Both the position numbers and the translations under genes were made by a program. A DNA stretch of 64,000 nucleotides from Bispira polyomma (taxonomy: Eukaryota), in assembly GCA_965649765.1 (NCBI GenBank), contig OZ287759.1, positions 37,510,001 through 37,574,000 of the forward strand, read 5' to 3'. The first letter of the stretch is position 1; each line of letters opens with the position of its first letter. The notes under the pieces were generated by a model. It ran no database searches. It saw only the letters and a list, made by a program, of their open reading frames with translations, and was not told the origin of the DNA. Shown here piece after piece: positions 13,510 to 26,648 of the stretch.

Positions 13510-13710
13510 ACTTATCTTTAGCAATCAGGGCGGATGGGACCCCAAGAATGAGATCCTGAGGACTAATCGGGCCAATCGATCATAATGCTAATGACTTATC
13601 AAGGAGGTTGGGGGATTCCAATGACTTATCTTTACCAATCACGGAGGTCGGGAGCCCCAAAATGAGATCATGAAAATGAATTGGTCCAATCAATCATAAT
13701 GTTAATGACT
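13510..13710. repeat. Diverged direct repeat (~90 bp x2)
   Basis: ACTTATCTTTA.CAATC...ATGAGATC...CCAATC.ATCATAATG.TAATGACT at ~13510 and ~13624. Confidence 0.65.
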
Positions 13711-15205
13711 GGGTAGTTGTACAACTTGTCTTTCAGGTCGTAAAAACACATTTTTTCCGCCCTTAAAAAATATCATTGAGAAATATGCCAAGGATTGCTT
13801 CTGATCACATAATCAGGGCCTCCCCCCAACCGTTCGTGATAGTGGAACAGCACCATTAGTCACGTGTGAATGTGGACATTATTTGACTGAGAAAAATGGC
13901 ATCACAATGAATGGATGCAGACGTGGTGGTCACATTGTCAAAGATGTAGACCAATTTGGAAATGTTGGTTGGATGTTCATTTGGGATTAAAAATATAGAC
14001 AGCATAAGCAGATCAAAGCTGATAGAGAACTATATATGTACAATAAAGGTAACTTAAATAAGTAGATCTGCACAACCTAATCGAAATGTCTTAATTGGAT
14101 TAGAAAACTGTACAATAATAGATGTGCACTATGGGGACGTTAATATACATACTACAATCTCCATACAAACTGAATCTTGTGGGTCACTGCGAAAAAGCTA
14201 AAAAAACCACCATTTACATAATTTTGGAGAAAAATGTGTTCGGCATGGAGCAACATATTTTTTACAGATGAAAAACATCAACCAAAAAGATTATATAGTA
14301 TCAGTGTAGAAATGTCTATCGTCTTTGCGGTATGACCCAAAAGTATCCCAAACTGAGCTATACTGCTACAACTGACATAAAAGTGGTGTAATTCCTACCT
14401 CAGATTTGTGTAACAAAAATAGACAATTGTAATGTCCTGGATCAGCTTAATTAGGCCTTATGCATAAATTTACATAAATGTTTATTAACATAAGTACGAT
14501 TCACAGAGATCTTGTAATGTAATATATACCAGATTATTAACATACAAACACACACATATATATATATGCATGAGCATGAATAGATATTTAAACATAGATG
14601 TAAGAAAATATGATCGTGTACATGCATATAAGCCAGTTCATAGATCTGATTGCGCAGTTGTAGTTACAATCTTCCGGTCCTATATACGACACATAAACAA
14701 GAAGCACCTGCATACGGCAAATGTGCAGCCAACAGCCAATTTAACATGGGTACCTGTATTTAAAATTTAAAGCGATTTGAATGCAAAAAAATAGCATAGT
14801 AATCGCAATATAATAAGCTTTTTCATCATATTTTTGTGAAATTGTTACATACAGTATTTTCTAAGTAATTAATTAATAAGCTGTATTTTTATTTTGTAAA
14901 ATATCGTGCTTGCATAAAAGTTCAATGGGAATGTTATCCTTTAATGATAAAGTAAATATATTTACAAAGAACCAATACTTATACATCATATATCCAAATG
15001 TGAGGCTATTATTTGCAATAATAACTGAGAATTACCATTTTAATATATTTTGCAAAGTCATATAAGTTCATTTGTTTATGTGCGCCAAAGATTTTCACTT
15101 CCGTTGAGCTACGCATGTGCAATCGGAACTACGAATTGGCTTATTGGTTCATCTTTAAGTTATAACTATCAAGTGTGTAAAATACCTTTCAAACAGTACA
15201 ATTAA

Positions 15206-16083
15206 GGCTTTAGTAACGTAAACACAAAAGACGGTCGCGGATAACCATGTTATGTGTGCTTGAGCTTCTCAGAAACTGCACAACTTTTTCTTTGTGGCCT
15301 TAAATTCGATTTATGGATAATATATGTACATTTTCATGGGTAGAAATAATAAAGCATGATATCTATTTTAATTATATATTAATTCATATATTTTATGTGT
15401 CATTTTAATACATATTTTGAGACATACAATGCATATAATAGTGTGTAAAATTGTAACTAAAATGGATAATATTTTCAAAGTACATGCTTCACAAACGTGA
15501 CACAATTCAAAAATCAAGAAGGGATCAATACTGAAGTATTGTACATGACTAGAAAAATGAAAACATCAGCAATATTTTGAATGAATTCGTTTTTTATTAA
15601 AAGCACAAAAACGGGGATAATTTTAGTAAAACTGCAAAGTTACACTCTTCTAAACAGAGAAATACTTTGTATTCTTCGTTTATATAACATAAGGAGACAT
15701 AATTAAAAATGTAATTCATTCAAAACAATATACATGTTTTATAAAGTTGTGTAGCATATATCTTGTACTAATATATGCTGGATCAATACTCGTATTGTGT
15801 CACAATAGAAAGGACTCTCTCCAAGACTTGTTTACAAATATGACGTTCTACATAGATTTTCAAATTGTGTGACGTCACAACACAGGGATGGTTATATGGG
15901 TGTTTTTATAGTTTTGTAGCATATTATTAACCTTTTGAATTGTCTGGACACATAAAAATGGTTAAAAACCTTACTAAAGTGTACTTTTAAAGTCCTCATA
16001 GTTGATATACAGAGTAGAAATAGCTCTCGTAATAATAGCATGCTTTATTCCCGGCACGTTTATGTGTTTACGTTACTAAAACC
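15206..16083. mobile_element. Non-autonomous Kolobok-like DNA transposon (878 bp)
   Basis: TTAA on both sides (15202-15205, 16084-16087); 21-bp TIR GG(C/T)TTTAGTAACGTAAACACA starting with purine-purine. A related internal fragment lies at ~12830-13060. Confidence 0.8.
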
Positions 16084-16924
16084 TTAACGTAACTAAAGAC
16101 ATAAAATAAACATTTTACCTGTAATGTAGCACAGCTAAGGTAGCGGTATATAAGAATAAAACACAAAGCCCACTGTATATCTAGTGTGCATTCCCCTGTA
16201 CATCTATGACCATTGATAAAACCACATACCAGACGCGATTACTAATCTGGGTATTTCCCATTTTACTGTCCGGGGTCACATTTCTTTCTAGATACATAAT
16301 ACACAAGATCACAGTTCCGCAGCCATCTTGAACCTCGTTTTCAATTGCGAGTAAACAAACTAGCTAAATGGCCGCTCGATGTTACGGCAATTAATGTAAA
16401 AAATAAGTATTTCTCACTTATTATACAATATAAACATGTCAAATTTTCACAAAAGATACAAAATCATTTATTCTTTGTAAAAAATATAACTTTAATGATA
16501 AAAGACGATATTCCAACTTTTGTAACAAATGGTATATTTTTGCCCATGTTAATACAAGGTACACGAAAATTTGAAATAGTTATTCCTTTGCAAGTAAAGC
16601 TGCTGCAACTCTGACACTTATATGATGTTAAAGATGAAATTTTATACTTTTGTCTGTCTTTATTTGAAAAAAATCCATGCAATATTAAGGAAAATGTCGA
16701 TGGTTGAAATATGTATTTTTTTGATTTTATATAATCCTAATATTTTCAGCCTACCTCATATTTTCGGCCCATGTTTTTGGTCTTAAATAGAGGTGAAATT
16801 ATTGTCTGTAAACAAATAGATGCTTTCCTAATTTTGAATTTATTCAAGTAAACCAGTATCAGTTTATTTTAAAACTTAATTATATTAAATTGCCTAATAA
16901 TTTATACGACGTGGCTTGTGCCAA

Positions 16925-17213
16925 GATATCATGGATCGACTCAAAGAAAAAAAGGCCTTTGCAACAATAAGAAAAAAATTTGTATTACAAGCAATTCAAA
17001 CCATAAGTGTTGATTATTGGCTTAATAGGCCGAAAATAGGGTGAACCTTCATACAAGAAGCCACAGTCTATAGATTTGACATCTATATAAAGTGACAAAA
17101 TTTTTAAGTAATATTAAAGTAAGATTAGTGTTTTATTGTGTAGTCGGTGTAATACAAATAATATATCTTATTGTTGCAAAGGCCTTTTTTTCTTTGAGTC
17201 GATCCATGATATC
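16925..17213. mobile_element. MITE with perfect 48-bp terminal inverted repeats
   Basis: 16925-16972 is the exact reverse complement of 17166-17213, with a further 12-bp inner match (ATTTGTATTACA). Confidence 0.85.
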
Positions 17214-17699
17214 CATGGTATAACTTATTATATAGTGTTTTGGTCTAAGACAAAGAGAGTTACACATATATTTTTTTTTACATAACTGAGATAATACTCC
17301 ATAAATTTTTATTCACTAAAAACCAACATAGTTACTTCAAAATAAAAGGGACATTGACTTATCAGAGTTCACCTTTAAAGGTGTTTCACTGCATTTATTT
17401 GCATATAGATTACAATATAAAATTGTTGTTAAAGGTCATTAAATTAATACAATAATGAATTGATTTCATTTGCAAAAATTTCCACGAGATAATTTATATT
17501 TAACCAATCTATGTTTTTAGGCTACATTAATTTCTTTGTATATTACCATCCAAAAAATTTAAAAACGCCATATTTTGATATGGTTGACAGTTATGAAATA
17601 TGTCTTTGGAGTAGCTTAGAAGAGTCACATATATAAAAATTAATTAAGATTAAAATATCAGTCAAAACAAAATATATTTGATATTTTACACTAAAATAC

Positions 17700-19310
17700 C
17701 TTAGTGGTAACATGCTAACCCGACACCCCAACAGTGGTGGGTTTGAATCTTCGTCCTGGCATGTATGTAATAAAGTTGCCAGTAAACTTGCTGAAGGCTG
17801 GTGGTTTGCGGAACAGAAAACCTTGACCAACTATATATACCTTTCTTTTATTTATTTCGAATTCACCAATAAAGAGCCAGTCATGCTATTTTACAAATGT
17901 GTTGAAAGCAAAAAATTAAGCCCATACTAAACCAGAATTTTCCAATCCAGTCAAAAATTAAGAGAAAGTAAGCCACATTTTAAATTATAATATATTAACA
18001 TCACTTTACAAATGATTTATGACAGTCATCGGAATTCAAGAGCATGATGTTCCTGAAATATATTGTCAGAAGCTGCTTAAATCATCTGATGAGTGCTTGT
18101 ATCTGGTCCTCTGCATTGCTAATTTTAGTTATTTTTTTTCCAAGTACAGCCAACCAGCACCAGGTACTGTCTTTCTCCTACCTGTACAAGAATGCTTGAG
18201 AATGGCCATTTATCAACTCCCAAGTTTATTTAACCTGCGACTAGGATAGGACCCAATGACTGAAAACCAGCATCTTAAGTGGTCATCCTATATGGTAATA
18301 TCTGCCTCCCACCTGTGCAGTTGTTGGTTCAAATCTTAAACCAGGCATGTATAAAGTTGGCAGTGGACTTGCTAAAGGCTGGTGGTCTGCAGAAAACATC
18401 GACTAACAACCTTCCTGTGATTTCCTTCACCAGTTAACTGCCAGTTTTTCAGGCCTAATATTGTATAATCACTTAATTAGTAGTAGGATGTTTAACTGAT
18501 ATGAAAAAATATATTAATTGGCCAATTATTTTTCACTTTGTTTTTATATAAGGGCGTTAGAGTGTCCAGGGCATTAAATTTGAAGTTACTACTTCTATAT
18601 TTGTCCAATTCTATTATTAATATTGTTTCCTAAGTTTTTTTACCACAATTACATTTGTATTTATAAGCACCATTTAAAAGTTATTTATTCAAACAGTCTT
18701 CAGAAGTCAACAGCATGATGTGCCTAAAATGTAGTCAGAAGCTGGTTAAATTATCCGATAAAATGACAAAAATTAAACTGATATCTAATATCCATAAGAC
18801 TTCCTTCCTGGAATATGCTTGAAGTTGATTCACTACCTGTTTGTTTTTTTACACTCATGTATCCACTAATATCATGTATTCAAAGCACTAATTATCCTTT
18901 ATTGACTGTCCAAGAAGAGCCAACCAGCACTAGTAACTGTCATTCTCCTACCTAAAGAGAAATAATTGAGGATGATTATTGAACTTGATGACTATTGATC
19001 AACTCCCAAGGACAGACAACAAGCACCAGTAACTGCCATTCTTCTACCTGATGAGAAATGCTTGAGGATGACCATTGATCAACTCCCCAGGTTCTTTAAC
19101 CTGCCACTGGGATAAGACCTAAAAACAGAGGACCACAATTTTAAGTTGTCATCCTATGTATATGCCTGTATCTGGTCCTCTGTATGTGTTAGTGGTAGAT
19201 TGTGGGTTCAAATTTTAAACCGGACATGTATATGGGAAAGTTGTCAGTAGACTTGCTGAAGGGCTGATGGTTTGTACGGTAGAGCAGAAAATCATAATCA
19301 ACTACCCTAT
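17700..19310 (+). repeat. Cluster of decayed SINE copies (~17700-17930, ~18280-18450, ~19180-19310) within a diverged local duplication (~18010-18450 vs ~18690-19310)
   Basis: Repeated core AAAGTTG.CAGT.GACTTGCT.AAGGCTG.TGGT; shared blocks AGCATGATGT.CCT.AAAT and CAACCAGCAC...CTCCTACCT. Confidence 0.6.
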
Positions 19311-20625
19311 TATTATTACTATTTATAATATAAATTTTTCAATTATTATTACCTGTTGATTTCCTCTATGAAAATAATACTATTTTATGTCTGAGAGTTA
19401 AGACTGTTCTGAAGTCGACTACTTTTAAAATACACAAATGGTGTGTACTATTATTCTTATTGTTAGTTTAATTTAGGCTGTTCTTTATTATTTATATTTT
19501 ATGTTTATATTATATTTATTACAGCTCTAATTAGTGTTCTGAAATGCTAATAGTTATAATTGTATTTTTTCTTACCACACATGAAAGTTGGAATTAATTA
19601 ACTAACATATTTATTCAAATTCATTTTAAAACGGCGATTTATCAAAATTTCTATGGTACGATAAAATCTTCGCTAATAATTCCTTTTTCTACAGCATTTC
19701 AAATTTTAGAATTACATGCAGGTTGCCGACAAATTGACTCGCAGACAACAAGTCACCGACAAAACTTGCTGAAATATTTAATGATATATAATTATAATAA
19801 GATATATAACTATGAACAATAAACCACGAAACTATAATATAAATTAATATTTTAATAAATGTTATCACCCTTTAATGAATTTTGTGGGACTTAACTCTAG
19901 ATACTGAGATAAGATTTTTTTAGGTATTAAATTAGCTATTAATATCATCCTAAAAAGATGGTGATATATCAATATTTCTATGGTAAATAATATTAATATT
20001 TTATCTTTAAATTAAATATTTCATTACATTTATTACTTATTCAACAGCCCAAATAATACCCTGACATACAAATTTTTTATTCTTGCTAAGTTACCAGTTA
20101 CTAGAGTATAATTCCAGTTGCTGGGTTTTGCACACCAAAAAAAACACACCAAAAACCGATTATTTATTTACTCAGTAATCACTTAAGATAAAAAATAAAT
20201 GAAACTATGGCGAGAAAGCTTATTTTATTGTGATTACTGTGCTTTTTGTTTCATTAAAATCTGTTAAGAAACAACGGAGATATTCAAGTTTAAAAATGGA
20301 TGATCTGAATACAATAAATCGGCTTATTTAGGTGGGCGAAATTAGAGAAAATATTTACAAATGTACTCAGTGACCTTGAAAGGAACAGTGACCTTGATAG
20401 TTTAATACATAAATGAGAACAACATACTTTTTGGTAATATATTCCATTTATTAGTTCCATACGTTCAGTTCACCACATGTGTATGACATTGTATGACCTT
20501 GATACGTCATATAAAAAGTTGGTGAAATTATTTAGGGAATACTAAAGAATGATACTAACCACCCCAAGCCAAACAAGGATTTATGTGTGAGGATTAGTAG
20601 TATCTTTCTTTTTTTTTTCTTTTTT

Positions 20626-21596
20626 TTATAACAGAATAGACTGAAAAGTATGTGGAATAAGAGTGAGATTTTTTCCAGCCTGAAGATAGGACCAGACCGA
20701 GTCTGAAGTCCAAGTGCCATGAGCTTGTAAGCACTGAAGAGGGACTTTATGTTGGAACAGGAGAGAAGCCCCTGACCTTCTGAACGCATGGAACCCTAAA
20801 GTGGAACTGTTGAGGCCCAAAATGACCAAAATACTCTTTAAAACCTGTCGAACTTTAACATCTGTCAATGGTTGATAACCAGAAGCACCAGGTACTACAA
20901 ACAATGGAGTAGCCAAAGGGGCTGGAAACTGACTGTACATGTCAGAAATGGCCTGCACAGGGCACCAAACGGAACCAGCCAAACGTGGCAGCTGTAACTG
21001 TACATTGGTTTGACGACTTTGCATGGTTTTAGTCCATTTCACACTGATAACTAATCCTGGGTCTTGGAACTTAACATCACGCCTGAGTAGCAAGCGCTCA
21101 TTATCATACATATATACAGAATGTAACAGTAAATTGCTAATGCGAAACAAGCCAAAAAAGGCTATCAGAAACACTGATTTATAGACACTGCCCAATGGTA
21201 GCGTGTCACACTGGTAACAAATCCTTTTAAGATCTTCAATTCCAAAAATGACTTTTACCGTTATATTCCTAGGAATATTATTATTAATAGACCTAAGTAA
21301 CATCGTTACCTTCACATCGTTGAATACTTCCAGGCTCAAGCCAAAACGCCTAAAGTAATGTTTAAGTGCCGAAAGATAGTTATGAATGGTAGGATAGGAC
21401 AAGTGCAGTTGCACAAGATGCTCAATGTAAGCAAGGATAACACTAAGAGAGTAGTGTGGGTGAGGGACAGAATGTCTAACACAAAACTTAAGAAAGTGTG
21501 ACAAGGAACGACTGTAAAGCGCCCTAGTTCTTGGTTGAAAGGCGGAATTGGCTCGAACCTGAGCAGCAGACAAAAGTTGATGTAATCTGCGGGAAC
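20626..21596 (-). CDS. Tyrosine recombinase of element 1 (open frame, no ATG at the N-terminus)
   Basis: Catalytic motifs FFGLFRISNL, KWTKT, HAFRRSGA, HGTWTSDSVWSY (R-K-H-R-H/W-Y pattern), with a SAM-like N-terminal helical region. Confidence 0.93.
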
Positions 21597-21626
21597 CTAC
21601 AATACAAACAAATATACATGAGTACT

Positions 21627-24600
21627 TTAAATATCCCAAGTGAGGGCCGTTGCGTGACAAGGCACTTGAGTGAACTGTGTCTGAGGAAACAAAGAATGGA
21701 ACTTATTCTTTTTAGAAGGATCCGAAAATCGAGATAACAGATCCGCCCCTATATTGTCAATGCCAGGGACATGGCAAACTTGAAGGGTAATGTTATGAGC
21801 GGCTGTTAGCAACCATATATGCCGAGCCGCCTTAAGAAGATAAGGGTCTTTACCTTTATTGAAATTCAACATATTAACCACTGCATTGTTGTCATAATAA
21901 AGAACTACATGTGAGTTAGTAAACGCAGGCAACCAGGTAGTAAGAGCGACGTATACATTAAGCATCTCTAGATGCACAATAATAGAAGGGTGATCAGACA
22001 TCTGATCCAATTCCACATGATACCCAAACTGTTTATATACTGCCCCCATGCCCGATAAGCTGGCATCTACATATACTATTTCACTATTACTCACAGGTGT
22101 AGCATACAGCACTACTCCATTAAACTGACCCAGAAATTGAACAAACCATTTAACATCAGCAATAAAAGATTTAGGCAATTTAAACCGACCAGTATCAGGG
22201 CAAGTACGCAGGACGTGCAACATGCAGTTAACAAAAAGTCTAGCTGGTCGTACACATTTGCTGACATATAAAAGTTTACCAACAATACTTTGTTCTTGGT
22301 AGCAAAGGTTTTATGACTCCACTCAAGACAGAGAGCAATAGTTTCTGTAAGCTTTTCGTTAGGGAGACTGAGAGTGCCTGCTGCAACATCAACTTGTAAC
22401 CCTAAGCATGTAATAGCTTTACTAGGAGATTCTAACTTAGATTGACTAATAGGAAGACCTAGGTCTTTGAGCAATGTGAGTAAATAAGTGAAAGCTGAGG
22501 TCACGGCCTCAAGAGAACTATGAATACCAATTATGTCGTCAATATAGTTGTATACGACATAGCCTTGCTGAGCCATTATATACCGAATGCCGTCTGTCAT
22601 TCACTGGCAATAATGACTACCATGTCTTAACCCAAAGGGTACCGCCTTATCAATGTAATAGTGATTCTGCCAATGCAGTCCTAATAAGTGATAATCATGC
22701 GGATCTATTCGCAAATTATGAAAGGCTCGCTGAAGGTTCACCTTGAACAAATAACAGTCAGCACCACATTGCTTAATACAATCTACCATATGATCCATCG
22801 TAGGATAAGTAAGTACAAAATCTGTGTGGAGAAATACTTCCTTGGAAACACTAGCATTAACTGAGTGCTCTCTAGGCCATGACAAGTCTATGATAACTCT
22901 CCTATTATGCGAATTTGGTTTGTGCCTGGTTAACATGGGTGAAGTGTGTAAACCAGGAAAGGGGGGGTCTCTATAAGGGCCTTCAAATGCATCATGTGCA
23001 CATTCAGTTGTAATATAGTGTGTAATATGATCAGGGTAGTTATCTGCTGAAGGGTGATTTGACTGTGGTTCAGTTAAGATAGACTTGTCATGAGCATCTA
23101 TGGGAAACCCAAATTCCAATAATTCCACCAACTGAGTGTCATAATAATCCTTCAATAAACTACGCCACACTGGCATATTAAGAGTAGAGGGGACTGGTAT
23201 CCGAGGGTACAAAAAATTAAAACAACCGGCTTCCTGATTGACGAAACCATGCAGTTGTACTGCCGAGGTACACCGTGCAGGACTAACAGCCCTGTCAATA
23301 GGCATCAACTGTGCACTGAGCGGTAAGTAACCATAATTAAACTGTCCCGGATACTGACAAGTGACATAAGTACCATTATAATAACTAGGTAAACTAGTAA
23401 TCTGCTGTACTGCACCACCTATGTGCCTACTAGCAGCAGAGTGCCGTGCCGCTCTACATTTACTAAGTATACTGACTATGAAATTACAACACAAGTGCTG
23501 AAGTGCAATAAACAAGAACCAATAATACAGAGTAGCATACACCATGACAAGCACCTTACAGATGCCATTAATATGATATATAACAGAGCTAACATATAAC
23601 CCTATCCCTAACCAGAATTTAACTAGCTGACCAATCAAACAGAGCAGCCGGCTTACTCGGCCAATGAATTCCTGCAGACTAACATAGTACATGGAATTGA
23701 CATTTCCAAAGGAAACTAATGACTGTGCAATACTAAAGTCCTCATGCTTGTGCAACCAAAAGTTCAATTGACAAGTCCATAGGTGATATAACCAACACGT
23801 ATATGTATAACCAATGTAAGTGCTATGCAAAACACCCTTACTCAAGAACACACCCCAAACACTAGTGGTATACTGAGTGCCAGTAATATTGTTGCCTATA
23901 CTACCAAGCCTGTGAGCTATAGGACTGCACACAATAATAGTCTGAAAGTACCTGTCAAAAAGGTGACTAAAAATATGTGCAACCCATACATGAACCAGAC
24001 ATTTGGTTTTATAACAAACTGTGAAGTAATACCAAAGTATTAAATAAATGCACCATTGAAATAAGTTACTAGGAAAACGAAGAACAGTTTTAGCTGGAAA
24101 CTTTATACATTCACTGTAAGTTGCAATATTGCCAAATAAGTGAGACAAACCGTGAAGCATACCAAATACGGAAGTAAAACCGCCAAGTGAACAGCTAGTA
24201 TTAATAAACCCAGACATAACAATAGCCTGACACACGCGAGATACAACCACAGGAGTTGTGTGTAAACTGTTAGCTTCAACAAGACCAGACATAATAACCC
24301 GACACGCGCGAGATAAAACCACGTGCGTTTTGTTTACTAGCCGATGAAGGACACAAGGAAAACCTCGAAGCAAACTGCTGGCTTTAACAAACCCAGACAT
24401 AATAATCCGACACGCGCGAGAGAAGCCCACATGCGTGTTGTATACTAGCTGACGAAGTACACTGCTAGCTTTAACAAACAAGGAAAACCTCGAAGCAAAC
24501 TGCTGGCTTTAACAAACCCAGACATAATAATCCGACACGCGCAAGATAAAACCACATGAGTTTCGTGTACTAGCTGATGAAGGACACAAGGAAAACCTCG

Positions 24601-25246
24601 AAGTAAACTACTAGCTTTAAGAAACCCAGACATAATAATCTGAAGATTATAAAACCAGGCGAGTTTCATTGACTAGCTGATGAAGTAAACTGCTAGCTTT
24701 AACAAACCCAGTCATAATAATCCGACACGCATGAGCTAACACCACTCGTGTTCTATCTGAATTACAGCCCGAAGCCGGTGGATTTGTGTGGGTGTCTAGG
24801 ATTTTACCGCCAAAACCTCCAGCTTCTGCCTCGAGGCTTCCCCCAAGATTACATACAATAGTACCTGATCTACTCACATAGTGAAAGCCAAGGGCCTTCG
24901 TTTTTACTAACAAACTATCAGTGTTGCAAACTGAAACATATTTATGTATTACAACTCTTTGCCAGGGATAAGTCTTAGCTTGAGAGTAAAACAAAAAAGC
25001 CTGCCCACCTTCAAGTGGACTGTCATACAACCCCTCACAGGGTAATCTATCCAACAAACAATATACACATATAACTAAAAATACTTGATTATGCTTATAA
25101 ATGCATTGGCACGAACATTTACTACTGTAATCAAGCCCAAAAGGCAAAGATGGCATGTTAAAATCATAATCACTGATATCATTACTCCCTGCAGGCAGCC
25201 TGCAATTGAAATTACTTTTAACAACTACTGCTGATTGATCAGCCAC
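21627..25246 (-). pseudogene. pol of element 1: long N-terminal extension + RT + RNase H, disrupted
   Basis: RVIIDLSWP, PFGLR, YIDD, YVDASL, HLEMLN, YDN, NIGADLLSR. TGA at 22601-22603 in CQ*MTD; frameshifts near 22280, 24480 and 24650. Confidence 0.88.
24194..24745 (-). repeat. Tandem array of ~6 diverged units inside the pol extension, translating as repeated (S)RACRIIMSGFVKASSLL
   Basis: Core CTAGCTTTAACAAACCCAGACATAATAATCCGACACGC recurs at ~24194, 24270, 24378, 24503, 24611 and 24693. Confidence 0.88.
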
Positions 25247-25344
25247 GTTTAATCAACATGTTTTACTTATTTTAACCATTTGTGTAATGTGAGATAGTTC
25301 CTTATGCCCATTAGCCCCTTGCAATACTTCGCAATGACCATTAT

Positions 25345-26648
25345 TTATTGTCGGGCTTTTTCTCCGCCGTTTTTTTCCTTCTTGCGCTGACAATCTATTT
25401 CTCTATGCGGGTAAGGACGACCTGTACTGGCCATACAATAAGCACAAATATGCCGGTTCCAAATGTTACCTATTTTGTGATCTGTACCCGAATCACACAA
25501 ACCATTTTGGAATTTTGCACATACTTCTTTGGCATTGGCAGTAGAGTGTTTAAACGCACCTATACTGGATTTGACATTAGCTACTACTTGCCGTTGCGCA
25601 AATTGCCTACGAATAGCATTTACTTTATCTAGCTCACCCCAAGTGAGCAGGCTGTCTTCCATACTGCATAAGACTACTCTATGAGCGCCTTTTGCCACAG
25701 CCCAGCCTAGGTCCATGGCATTCTGTAGCAATTCCGTTCCGTAGTTTAACATGTTCTGCTGTATTGCAACATCCGGTTCTTTAATTATGCAACGATTAAA
25801 CCCGAGGGACCACTGAAGCAGAGTAAGTTCGTCATACGTGACTCGCTTACAATCACTGCCAATAAAGCAAAGGTCATGGGGCCAGTAAATGAACTTCTTA
25901 CATGGGGTTTCCCCCCCTACTCGGAATCGACCTGACTTGACTTTTCTGTTATTAACAACACTGTTACACATACCAAAATCAAGCACCTGCTCTTCCTGAT
26001 CCTCCATTTCGAGTAGGCGACGTTGAACTTCTCGTTGAATGGCAAGATCTGACTTAGCTCCTGCACTGGAAGCTACAGTTTGTAAAAGTTCAGCTGACGG
26101 GAGCACCCCTCCCAGTGAGGGGCTGCCCTTTCGAGGGTTATTCGATACTATATTGGCAGAAACGCTTGCATCTGAAGAAACACCCACATCTGAACTTGTG
26201 TTCGGTGTTGTATAGTATCGACCCGAGCTAAAAGTGTAGTATTAGCTTCCTGTAACGTAAGGACTGCCTGTGTGAGCTGGCCTAGCTGCTGCGTCATGTC
26301 ATCTGTCGCCATCTGCTGCTGTACCCCTACACAACGGACACCCAAAACGGCACCTTGAAGGCTAACATCTGCTGCACTAGTAGCCCTGCCAGCACTGCGA
26401 GTAATAGGTCTTCTAACAGGAAACGTGAGTTTGCCTGCCGCCTGCTTGCTGAAATCTGACTGACCACGTCCTTGGGCTCCTTCAGTAGGAGCAAACAAAC
26501 TGTCAGTAGTCTTGGCTTTGACTTTCTTTGCTTTGGCCACTGTAACGAATGCTGCCTGATCAGGGGGAATAACAATCCTGCCAGATCTACTAGCTACAAG
26601 TCTGCCGGCACTGACTGAACTTTTAGTTGCTTTCTTACAAGGCCTCAT
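25345..26648 (-). pseudogene. gag of element 1 (one frameshift near 26170-26187)
   Basis: KSGR...WPH...YDELTLLQW...W motif block and C-terminal Cys/His zinc fingers (CAKFQNGLC..H..HICAYC..H...C), aligning with element 2 gag. Confidence 0.85.

Noticed and set aside
18019-18249. Duplicated exons of a host gene
   Set aside because: No consistent frame between copies, and the second half resembles SINE body sequence.
20604-20627. Poly(A) tail marking element 1 as a processed retrocopy
   Set aside because: The conserved post-YR motif shared with element 2 lies beyond the A-rich run, so element sequence continues past it.
20626-21660. Bacterial or phage integrase contamination
   Set aside because: The recombinase is part of a gag-RT-RH-YR retrotransposon embedded among metazoan SINEs and spliced exons.
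24194-24745. CRISPR-like array or tandem hammerhead ribozymes (CTGATGA motifs)
   Set aside because: The linkers are homologous to each other rather than unique spacers, there are no cas genes, and CTGATGA is not followed by a proper stem II closing onto GAAA.
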